Of a DNA stretch of 20,000 bases, positions 5,798 to 13,074 are shown one piece after another; position 1 is the stretch's first letter; each line of letters opens with the position of its first letter. The translations under genes and the position numbers were made by a program. The notes beneath the pieces were generated by a model. It saw only the letters and a program-made list of their open reading frames with translations. It had not been told where the DNA came from and ran no database searches. The DNA comes from an uncultured virus (IMG/VR IMGVR_UViG_2645728028_000003). Taxonomy: Duplodnaviria; Heunggongvirae; Uroviricota; Caudoviricetes. The stretch covers positions 56,071 through 76,070 of IMG/VR virus record IMGVR_UViG_2645728028_000003; one strand, 5' to 3'.

Positions 5798-5929
5798 TTA
5801 TCCTTTCAGCACACCGGATTTTACAAATAAATTTCTCCAAGCCCTGGCTGTCCGTTCCTCTTCAACTTCCTTACGCCGTAGAGAAAGAGCCTTTCCTAAT
5901 CTTCGTTTTTGCTTTCCTTTATTCTTCAA
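5798..5929 (-). CDS. DUF3983-like small basic protein, 43 aa (not in ORF track)
   Basis: MKNKGKQKRRLGKALSLRRKEVEEERTARAWRNLFVKSGVLKG with AWRN motif; TTG after GAGGGTG. Confidence 0.7.
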   Translation of the reverse strand: MKNKGKQKRRLGKALSLRRKEVEEERTARAWRNLFVKSGVLKG

Positions 5930-5933
5930 GGAA

Positions 5934-6098
5934 TCACCCTCTTATTTTAGGAATCTCAGATCCTCCGAGTTTTTTACAATCAGTCCCGAACTTGGATGAA
6001 CATCTTCTAAATAAGGAGCAGCGTGCAGAGCACACTGCCCTTCTGGCCTCATCCTGTATCCACTTGGGGCGATCATCAGCGATGATGACATTTCCCAT
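5934..6098 (-). CDS. Small Cys-rich phage protein, 54 aa (not in ORF track)
   Basis: MGNVIIADDRPKWIQDEARRAVCSARCSLFRRCSSKFGTDCKKLGGSEIPKIRG; TGATG coupling to upstream stop. Confidence 0.7.
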   Translation of the reverse strand: MGNVIIADDRPKWIQDEARRAVCSARCSLFRRCSSKFGTDCKKLGGSEIPKIRG

Positions 6099-6805
6099 CA
6101 GGCGATAATGATTATCTTCCCTGCTTCAATTTCTGTGGCCAGAGCTTCCTGAAGATAAGTTTTGATATTATTCATCGCATTTAGCTTCCAGGCTCCACCA
6201 TCGGCTTCAAACAATGCACACTGTGGGCCCTTTTGCATCCGGAAAATAAAATCTGATTCAGGCTGTTGGACCTCAACAAACGTTCTGTATGGGGCTAAAA
6301 CAACTGGATTAGGAACAAGTACATTCCCAACGGATGCAACCCCTGTTTTAGCAACTACCGACTGACTTACACCATCGTCTCCAACTGTCTGCACCGATTC
6401 CTCTTTGATATTGCCGACGACTTTCAGCATGATATCCCGATCTTCATTTTTCACAAATGCTGATTGAAGCTTAATGTTGAAATTTTCCGAATCATAATAG
6501 CGATCGAAGGTGAAGGACGGCAGCATTGCTGTTGCCTGGATATATTCATTTCTGTTTTCGTTAGAATTTAATGAGCTAAATGCTAACACCTCTGTAGGAC
6601 TACTAACATGGACCATCATGGTGTCCTGGACATCAAAACCTGATTTTAGGTATTCAACTAATCCGGAAAGACTTCTTACTTCCAAAGCACGTGCAGTAGC
6701 TTCCTTGAGAAGGTGAAGTTGCTGACTTGAGTAAACCTGCCCGTTTTCTTTAAACGTACTAACATTTCCAAGACCTACAATGTATTGAATCGCTTCTTTA
6801 ATCAT
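6098..6805 (-). CDS. Conserved phage protein (possibly YfdQ/DUF2303-like), 235 aa
   Basis: DDGVSQ, LAPYRTFVEV.QPES.F.FR and LFEADGGAWK motifs typical of a common Firmicutes phage family; GGAGG RBS. Confidence 0.75.
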   Translation of the reverse strand: MIKEAIQYIVGLGNVSTFKENGQVYSSQQLHLLKEATARALEVRSLSGLVEYLKSGFDVQDTMMVHVSSPTEVLAFSSLNSNENRNEYIQATAMLPSFTFDRYYDSENFNIKLQSAFVKNEDRDIMLKVVGNIKEESVQTVGDDGVSQSVVAKTGVASVGNVLVPNPVVLAPYRTFVEVQQPESDFIFRMQKGPQCALFEADGGAWKLNAMNNIKTYLQEALATEIEAGKIIIIA

Positions 6806-6832
6806 TTATTATTCCTCCAATTTAATAGTTTT

Positions 6833-7204
6833 TTAGTTTTTAAAGTTAACAATTTTTGTTCCGCGATCATCCTGAATTTCACCAGTTTCAGTATCGTAAT
6901 AGGTCTGACCCTTTACGCCTGATTTCAATTCAGCACCGGTGATTTTACCTTGGCTATCCATATCCATAATCAGCTTGGCTTCAATTTGTTTGGCTGGAGC
7001 AAGCGTGCTTTTTGCTACCACGTTTGTTAATACGACATCCCGTTTATCATCAGCAGATAATGTAATAGTGAGTGTGAGCTTTCTGACTTTCTTTGCATCT
7101 GTATTTGGATCTGCAATGTTTTCTAGAATTTTTTGAAGCTCCACATTGGCTCTTTCAGCAAGAGCTCCTTCTGCAAATGTGTTTAAATCAATGATTTTAT
7201 TCAT
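6833..7204 (-). CDS. Conserved phage protein, often labelled 'replication terminator protein', 123 aa
   Basis: GALAER..ELQKILENIADPNTDAKKVRKLTL motif; start MNKIID after GGAGG. Confidence 0.75.
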   Translation of the reverse strand: MNKIIDLNTFAEGALAERANVELQKILENIADPNTDAKKVRKLTLTITLSADDKRDVVLTNVVAKSTLAPAKQIEAKLIMDMDSQGKITGAELKSGVKGQTYYDTETGEIQDDRGTKIVNFKN

Positions 7205-7625
7205 TTTGACTACCTCCAATTTCCTCAATAGTGATTTCAATTCGCGGATTCTCGCTGTACCACTTGCCAATATGTAGATCCACGACCTGGCTGTCATCTT
7301 TCCATATGACTGATTTCAATGCATCCTTAACACCTTTGACATAGTTATCAACATCCGGCTTAGTTAATGGCCTTAACTCACCCCTTTCAGCTGCTAATGC
7401 TTTTTTCTTACTGAAACTCTTCAGAGAAGGTTTAAAAATTTCTACTTTCATGGATATGGGTCCAGTAATTAATTGGGATGGCCGGTGCTGGGAAGCTACG
7501 AGCTTCACATATTTTTTAAAGTCCTTGGACTTTGCGGGGTCATACATTCTTACCTGTCCATTGATTGTTGAAGCACGAGGGCGACCTTGTGCGACTGGTT
7601 CACCATAAACAGTGAATGTTATCAT
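7197..7625 (-). CDS. rusA: RusA family Holliday junction resolvase
   Basis: GEPVAQGRPR, KPDVDNYVKGVKDAL and WKDDSQVV catalytic motifs. Confidence 0.93.
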   Translation of the reverse strand: MITFTVYGEPVAQGRPRASTINGQVRMYDPAKSKDFKKYVKLVASQHRPSQLITGPISMKVEIFKPSLKSFSKKKALAAERGELRPLTKPDVDNYVKGVKDALKSVIWKDDSQVVDLHIGKWYSENPRIEITIEEIGGSQNE

Positions 7626-8272
7626 CAGTAGCCCTCCTCTTGACGTTGCAGGTTAATTTGATGTTTTGAATGATATGCCTGTTCTATTTCTATCCAACTA
7701 AATCCAAGCATTTTTCCAAGACCAAGATACTGTGATACCAATTCCGAGTAGGTCATAACATCATAATCTCTGGAAAAATCAGCGATCTCTCTATACACTG
7801 TCTGAAACTGTTCAATAATCGATTGTGTATCATCCGTGGTAATCCAGTAAGTGGGATAATCTTCATCGATCAGACATTCCTCTGACAGTTCTGAACCGAT
7901 TTCTAGAATAAAGCTGAGCCCGTCCACATATTCTTCAAGGAGTGGGTTTCTTGTGCCGGAAAAACCTGAACAATCACAGTCCGGACAATCAATATATTCG
8001 TGATCTCCGTTCCCTTCTGCGTCCTCTTGTACCATTTCATAATTTAGATCACCTGTACCATTGCAGGCCGAACATTCAACATAAGCTTCAATTCTTGGCT
8101 TCCTGTCATTGCTCCAATGCTTCCAACTGCGCTGCTCATTTGCCAGTTCTCCCAGCTCCACTTGAAAGGCTAAGATTAATCCAGGTATTAGATCCTGCTC
8201 CTGCAAGTTGTGTTTATTTATGATTTTTTCCCGAAGTAGAAGTTGCTTTTCAAACAGATTACTTAGATTCAT
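7625..8272 (-). CDS. dut: Dimeric (all-alpha) dUTPase with DnaJ-like zinc-finger insertion
   Basis: VELGELANE..WKHWS, LLEEYVDGLSF and AY.SK..IN..RQEEGY motifs; insert CSACNGTG...CPDCDCSG. Confidence 0.88.
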   Translation of the reverse strand: MNLSNLFEKQLLLREKIINKHNLQEQDLIPGLILAFQVELGELANEQRSWKHWSNDRKPRIEAYVECSACNGTGDLNYEMVQEDAEGNGDHEYIDCPDCDCSGFSGTRNPLLEEYVDGLSFILEIGSELSEECLIDEDYPTYWITTDDTQSIIEQFQTVYREIADFSRDYDVMTYSELVSQYLGLGKMLGFSWIEIEQAYHSKHQINLQRQEEGY

Positions 8273-8375
8273 ACAGCTCAAGCCTCCTTATTAGTTCAGC
8301 CTGCGCGGCGGTTTTCATTTCTGTGTATCTTGCAATGTATAGCAGCTGCCCTAAGCTCGCTTTACTATAGTCCAA
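8259..8375 (-). CDS. Hypothetical 38-aa phage protein
   Basis: TTG start 8 nt after AAAGGAGG: MDYSKASLGQLLYIARY...AELIRR. Confidence 0.6.
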   Translation of the reverse strand: MDYSKASLGQLLYIARYTEMKTAAQAELIRRLELYESK

Positions 8376-8622
8376 GCAGCAGGCCTCCTTTTCTCTGCGA
8401 AATGCGATCACTTCTTGCAAGGTGCATAAGAGCCAGAATGATCTCATCCGGATCACGGTCAAAGTACTCGGCAATAAATTGGATGTCTAGACCCTTTTGC
8501 CACATTTCGGCCAAATCTGCCAGCTCTGGTGCATCCCACAAAAAATTCAATTCCTCTAAAACTATCACTCTCTTTTTTCTTGAATCCCGGAGTTTATACT
8601 CCTTATAGGGTGAGTGACTCAT
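8365..8622 (-). CDS. Small HTH-domain phage protein
   Basis: LEELNFLWD..EMWQKGLDIQFIAEYFDRDPDEI pattern; ATGA coupling. Confidence 0.7.
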   Translation of the reverse strand: MSHSPYKEYKLRDSRKKRVIVLEELNFLWDAPELADLAEMWQKGLDIQFIAEYFDRDPDEIILALMHLARSDRISQRKGGLLLGL

Positions 8623-8825
8623 TTTCTTGCCTCAAAATATTCCCTGCCAAAATGGCTCACGATCTTTTCCAATAACTTAGGACCGATGCCTGGCACTTTT
8701 TCCAAACCGTCGAATTTAGAAGCAAATACAAGACAGGCGTTTTCTTGGCCCATATCAAATCCTTTTTTAAATCCAGTGTTATAACCTTCTTCTCTTGCTT
8801 TTTGTATGACGGGATTCTTAGCCAT
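8619..8825 (-). CDS. Small protein with helix-hairpin-helix motif, 68 aa
   Basis: LEKVPGIGPKLLEKI HhH motif; start MAKNPV. Confidence 0.65.
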   Translation of the reverse strand: MAKNPVIQKAREEGYNTGFKKGFDMGQENACLVFASKFDGLEKVPGIGPKLLEKIVSHFGREYFEARK

Positions 8826-9030
8826 ACCTTTGCTCCAAATAACACTTTCGACAAATCTTTTCTTCTGTAGAATGGTTAGGCTCTTTGCATTTATTGCAAA
8901 TTTCAGAAAGGGTTTTCCAGGTATATTTACAGGTGTCACAGCCCAGTGTGATAATTCCTTTATGATGTCCGATGGTTTCTCCTTTGGTATGACACTTCGG
9001 ACAATCAGACACTATTTTTGCGTCGCTCAA
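8818..9030 (-). CDS. Cys-rich double zinc-ribbon protein, 70 aa
   Basis: Four CxxC motifs (CPKC, CDTC, CNKC, CRKC); TTG after AAAGGAG. Confidence 0.7.
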   Translation of the reverse strand: MSDAKIVSDCPKCHTKGETIGHHKGIITLGCDTCKYTWKTLSEICNKCKEPNHSTEEKICRKCYLEQRYG

Positions 9031-9044
9031 AAATGCCACTCCTT

Positions 9045-9248
9045 TCAGAACCATTTTTCTTCTGAGTTGTCAGCATCCACTTCTCGAAATGATGCCAGAA
9101 CATACTCATACTTGAGTTCTTCATAGGTGAGTTGATCAAGAGGGATTCCTTGCTGACTTACTGTGATGCCCATTTTTTGCAATCTCTCCAAGATAAAATT
9201 GTGCTTCAACCGTTTTTCAGCTACTGCAGCTTTATAAAGAATCCCCAA
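9045..9248 (-). CDS. FbpA-like (Fur-regulated basic protein family) small protein
   Basis: MGILYKA...ILERLQKMGI...LDQLTYEELKYEY pattern. Confidence 0.6.
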   Translation of the reverse strand: MGILYKAAVAEKRLKHNFILERLQKMGITVSQQGIPLDQLTYEELKYEYVLASFREVDADNSEEKWF

Positions 9249-9260
9249 CCCCTACACTCC

Positions 9261-9422
9261 TTAAGTGGCTTTCAATAAAGCCTCATATTTTTGTTTGGTT
9301 AAATCTAATTCTTTCTCCAGTGCGATCTTTTCTTTTGCCTGGCCGATCAGCCAGTTAATATCATCAATCTCCATGCGGCCTTTACCAAAGGCTTTTTCAA
9401 TTCGCTGTAATCGTTCGTTCAT
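9261..9422 (-). CDS. Hypothetical 53-aa coiled-coil protein (not in ORF track)
   Basis: MNERLQRIEKAFGKGRMEIDDINWLIGQAKEKIALEKELDLTKQKYEALLKAT; AAAGGAG RBS. Confidence 0.7.
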   Translation of the reverse strand: MNERLQRIEKAFGKGRMEIDDINWLIGQAKEKIALEKELDLTKQKYEALLKAT

Positions 9423-9437
9423 GATGTGGACTCCTTT

Positions 9438-10364
9438 CTAACTTCCTGATCCTATTTTTTTAAGCTTTTCCTTTAACTCAGCCTTTTTTCTGAATAGGTC
9501 ATCTTCACTTTTCGGAGCTTCCTGCTTCTTTGGATCATGGTCCTCTTCAAACCATTCCGGTAGCTTCTCTGTCCGCACTGGAACCGAACCCCGCCTTGGC
9601 TTATTACGCATTTGTTTCCTCTGCTCATGCTCCTTTTGTTCGTTTTCCACATCATTAAGGCACCGGATGCCTTTTTTAGCCCAACTATTCAATATGCTTC
9701 TCGCATAGCTGTATTTAGCCCCAATTTCAGCAGCCTTTTTAAAAGATGCACAAATCACTTCAACAGCTAATCTGTCCTCATCAATGAAACTGTTAATCTC
9801 CTGAATCTGAATCGGACTAGGTTGCCCACCGAAACAAAGCATATATTCGTCAAAAAAACTGACGTTTGCAGCTGTAGCTATTATTTCTTTATCTTTTTCT
9901 ATATCTTCATCTTTTTCTTCTTCTGTTTCGTTACCATGCGTTACTGTAACGTTACAACCATCGTTACTCTTTAATAACTTTTGTTTTTCTCGATGTTTTT
10001 GTACTCTTTTTTTGGTATCGAGTCGAATTTTTTCTAACCCATCAATGTTTTGATGCTTTTCCCAATTCGAAATACTAATGAAATTTTCATCGTTGATTTC
10101 TATCATTCCAAATTGTTCAAATGTTTTAAGCGCCAGCCGAACTGTTCCTAGTGGTCTATTAAAAATAGTTGCCAGCATTTCATCTGTGAAAGGAATGTTC
10201 TCATTCAGATAAATGTATCCAGATGCATTAGTTTTCCCGGCTTGAGCAAGTAACTTAACCCATATGATTAGGATTGTGTCCGCTTCAGGTAACGCTTCTA
10301 TCAAGCGAATTTTTTCATCCTCGAACATACTGGTATTAAGCTTGATCCATTTAACTTCGGCCAT
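9438..10364 (-). CDS. Phage replisome organizer (N-terminal rep_org domain + DnaD-like domain)
   Basis: MAEVKWIKLNTSMFEDEKIRLIE..IWVKLLAQAGKTN; C-terminal YARSILNSWAKKGI DnaD motif. Confidence 0.92.
   Translation of the reverse strand: MAEVKWIKLNTSMFEDEKIRLIEALPEADTILIIWVKLLAQAGKTNASGYIYLNENIPFTDEMLATIFNRPLGTVRLALKTFEQFGMIEINDENFISISNWEKHQNIDGLEKIRLDTKKRVQKHREKQKLLKSNDGCNVTVTHGNETEEEKDEDIEKDKEIIATAANVSFFDEYMLCFGGQPSPIQIQEINSFIDEDRLAVEVICASFKKAAEIGAKYSYARSILNSWAKKGIRCLNDVENEQKEHEQRKQMRNKPRRGSVPVRTEKLPEWFEEDHDPKKQEAPKSEDDLFRKKAELKEKLKKIGSGS
9885..9968. repeat. Putative phage replication origin iterons within the initiator gene
   Basis: CGTTAC at 9929, 9939, 9950, 9962; palindrome TGTAACGTTACA at 9945-9956; adjacent pyrimidine/AT-rich tract. 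Confidence 0.65.
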
Positions 10365-10430
10365 TTTTTCACTTCCTTGGTATAAAACTTTTCTAAGATG
10401 ATAGAATATATACAAGTAGGATTCCTGCGG

Positions 10431-10457
10431 AGCCTGATGGTGGCATCAGGCTTTTTT
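10431..10457 (+). terminator. Terminator oriented antisense to the early operon
   Basis: AGCCTGATG-GTGG-CATCAGGCT + T-run on plus strand. Confidence 0.7.
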
Positions 10458-10727
10458 CTATTGCTTCTTGATATACTCAATAGCCTCTTTAAGTGCTTTC
10501 TTTTGTTCTTCATCCTCCAAATGAGTACCTAACCCGTATAAGCCCTCCAGGACATCAAATTTGTTATTATCGATAGGCTTGTACTTCCGAAGAAGCAGCC
10601 CTTCATCTGTTTCCAGCATTTCAAGTGGGTCTGTTGCCTTCAAGTCCATTGTTCTTCTGATTTCAATTGGAACCACAACGCGTCCCAGATCATCTAACTT
10701 CCTTACAATTCCAGTTGCTTTCGCCAT
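10458..10727 (-). CDS. AbrB/MazE/SpoVT family DNA-binding protein
   Basis: KATGIVRKLDDLGRVVVPIEIRRT closely resembles the AbrB N-terminal domain. Confidence 0.9.
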   Translation of the reverse strand: MAKATGIVRKLDDLGRVVVPIEIRRTMDLKATDPLEMLETDEGLLLRKYKPIDNNKFDVLEGLYGLGTHLEDEEQKKALKEAIEYIKKQ

Positions 10728-10814
10728 TGTTTCCCTCTCCTATGCTAAAGATATTTTTTTATTCAATAATTTCTTCCTCAAATTTCGCCAAAGGGATAAA
10801 AAGAAATGCTTTAT

Positions 10815-10964
10815 TTAAGGTAATTTTTCTAGTACCCATCCAAGAAATTGTGTGAATCCGACTATTGTGACAAAACCCATACATAGCAAGGCATATACAG
10901 CAAATCCACCACTCAAAGTCATTTCAAATTCACTTAAAAATTGAAGTATTTTCAATAAATTCAT
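10815..10964 (-). CDS. Putative 49-aa membrane peptide
   Basis: Hydrophobic GGFAVYALLCMGFVTIVGFTQFLGWVL; weak RBS. Confidence 0.4.
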   Translation of the reverse strand: MNLLKILQFLSEFEMTLSGGFAVYALLCMGFVTIVGFTQFLGWVLEKLP

Positions 10965-10980
10965 TCCTTCACTATTTTTT

Positions 10981-11682
10981 CTAAGGAATAAAAACAAGCT
11001 TTCCAGTTACCTGTTGGATCTCTCTTTTGAACAGTTCCTCATTGCTATTTGTGTCCGATAGATGAAGTAGCCAAATTTCCTGAACCTTTGAAAGATCATT
11101 TACCTTCAAAAATTCTTTTACATTTTCGATGCTGAAATGTGACCGCAGTAATCTTTTTCGCATTACTTGAGGAACCCGGCCAGCCAGGATGTTCTCTTCA
11201 AGTATCTTTTCAGAGAAATTTGCTTCCAACATGAGATGCGTAAGGCCTTTAAATTTGTATTTGATGTAATATGTGTCTGTAGCGAATAAAAGCCTTTCTC
11301 CGGCCGTATTTGCAAGTAGAAAGCCCATCGGTTCAGATACATCATGCTGCACATCAAAAGGTAATATCATCCATGTCCCGATCTGCAATTGTTCTTTAGC
11401 CCTTACGGTTTTTATCCGGTGATGCTGTATATTTAATTCCTGGGCAGTTCCTCCAGACATGTAGCAATTGATCCCTGCCTTCAAGACATCCTTGATACTC
11501 TTACAATGATCTTTATGCTCATGTGTAATCAGGCAACCAGCGACCTCAGACATTCGAAATTCAAAGCCTTTTTGAATTTCTCGATAGTTGATACCACATT
11601 CAAGAAGAAGGGGTGTATGACCGTCTGTAATGCGATAACAGTTCCCCTTGCTTCCAGTTGCTAAAGTGGTAATCTCAATCAT
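10981..11682 (-). CDS. MBL-fold metallo-hydrolase (probable nuclease, YycJ/WalJ-like)
   Basis: GSKGNCY, THEHKDH, HD, TDT, EAN and LLHLS motifs. Confidence 0.9.
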   Translation of the reverse strand: MIEITTLATGSKGNCYRITDGHTPLLLECGINYREIQKGFEFRMSEVAGCLITHEHKDHCKSIKDVLKAGINCYMSGGTAQELNIQHHRIKTVRAKEQLQIGTWMILPFDVQHDVSEPMGFLLANTAGERLLFATDTYYIKYKFKGLTHLMLEANFSEKILEENILAGRVPQVMRKRLLRSHFSIENVKEFLKVNDLSKVQEIWLLHLSDTNSNEELFKREIQQVTGKLVFIP

Positions 11683-12833
11683 TAGAAAACAGGTCCTTCT
11701 TGAGTTGTTACCGGTTCTGCATCAATGATTACTGGCTCTTTATCTGGCACTGGCTGCTTCTCTGTTTTGTTAACTTGCTCTTCAGCTGGAGCTTCTTCAG
11801 GGTAAGATTCCTTTTTAGGTTCATATGGGACGCTTTCAGGTTCATCGAAATCAAGGATTTCTTGATTGGCATTTTCGTTGATTTCCTTCCGAATCCGGGA
11901 GTAGCCTTCATCTTCTGCCTGGTCATAGGTCATCTCCACAAATGCATTGCCGAAATCCTTTGGAATTTTCTTGACCACATTATTTCTCATCTTCCGGATA
12001 ATCATGGCTTCACGACTTTGTGAATCTTTCCAGGCAGGGCTAATGTAGGCATCCAGTGATTCATCATCTAATGCATTGAGACCCTGCTCCTCGACTTTCT
12101 TGATGATTTCTTTCTTCTTTGCATCTATTTCAACTTTTTGTTTTGCTGTAGCTTTGTATCTTGATTCAGCAATCCCAAAAGTTTCATTCATCAGATTATT
12201 TTTGACGTGAGCAATTAAATTTTTTGCTACATCCTCTCGCTCCCCGATGTAATACTCCACTCTGCCGCCTTTTTTAGTAATAGGGTAAACGACTCTAACC
12301 ACTTCCCCTTTACCAGATGGAGCCCATTCCGGAGGAGTCATTTCGATACCTTTGTATTTGGGATACTCAAAGTGATCTCCAGAACGGACTAACCAATATT
12401 GATGGACTTCTTCAACTCCCCGGCCAAAGTTTGAAAGAATGGCGTCGTTTCCGTCTCCCTCAATGCCCATTTCGACTTGTTTCATCCAAACATCATTTCC
12501 GTCTTTTTGCATTTTGATATTTCTTGTCTGGAAATACACTTCACGAGGGCTTGCAGCTGCATTGAGCTTTAGGGCAGCAGTTGTAAGCAAAATCTGCGTG
12601 ATATTGTTTTTATCTAATCCTGCATCGGTCCACTTAATCCCCTTAACATCCAACACAGAGTTGATTGAGGAAATAGCATTCATGACGCATTGTTTTTGAT
12701 AGTGATCCATGTCGATACCGTTACCGCATAATTGCTTTTCGATCATCGGAAAAAATGTATTGCTAATCTTGGTTAAACCAGTCTGAAAATCTGCTTGAGT
12801 CGCTACTTGATTTTGATTACTCATCTTCTTCAT
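11682..12833 (-). CDS. RecT-like single-strand annealing recombinase
   Basis: LKLN....EVYF, GD.F and EAMIIRKMRNN..K..PKDF motifs; acidic C-tail ending GPVF; position between ATPase and nuclease (start may be 12824). Confidence 0.65.
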   Translation of the reverse strand: MKKMSNQNQVATQADFQTGLTKISNTFFPMIEKQLCGNGIDMDHYQKQCVMNAISSINSVLDVKGIKWTDAGLDKNNITQILLTTAALKLNAAASPREVYFQTRNIKMQKDGNDVWMKQVEMGIEGDGNDAILSNFGRGVEEVHQYWLVRSGDHFEYPKYKGIEMTPPEWAPSGKGEVVRVVYPITKKGGRVEYYIGEREDVAKNLIAHVKNNLMNETFGIAESRYKATAKQKVEIDAKKKEIIKKVEEQGLNALDDESLDAYISPAWKDSQSREAMIIRKMRNNVVKKIPKDFGNAFVEMTYDQAEDEGYSRIRKEINENANQEILDFDEPESVPYEPKKESYPEEAPAEEQVNKTEKQPVPDKEPVIIDAEPVTTQEGPVF

Positions 12834-13074
12834 CTTCCTTCCCTTCTACAAAAACAAATTTGACCTTTTTCCCACGGTGCTCAATAAGGAAACTTTCCAA
12901 AAAGCTTGCTATATCACTGGAAGAGATTAAATCTCTCCCAATGATGGCGTCCTCAGGACATTCGTAAAGTGGATGAACACCGAAAACCTGTTTCCCGTCC
13001 ACTTCTAAGGTGTCATGAGTTGCATAATCGCTGTCTTCCCAGCTTCTAACCTTTACAGTCACAATTTCACTCAT
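12817..13074 (-). CDS. Hypothetical acidic protein
   Basis: Translationally coupled on both sides; ECPEDAIIGRDL motif. Confidence 0.75.
   Translation of the reverse strand: MSEIVTVKVRSWEDSDYATHDTLEVDGKQVFGVHPLYECPEDAIIGRDLISSSDIASFLESFLIEHRGKKVKFVFVEGKEDEEDE

Noticed and set aside
5543..5999. ORF-track calls 5543-5785(+) and 5775-5999(+)
   Set aside because: A different frame (5574-5744) has the RBS; the second ORF is a shadow of two minus-strand genes
10740..10838. 32-aa minus-strand ORF MGTRKITLNK... or a frameshifted extension of the 49-aa peptide
   Set aside because: No RBS and no recognisable homology; cannot be supported
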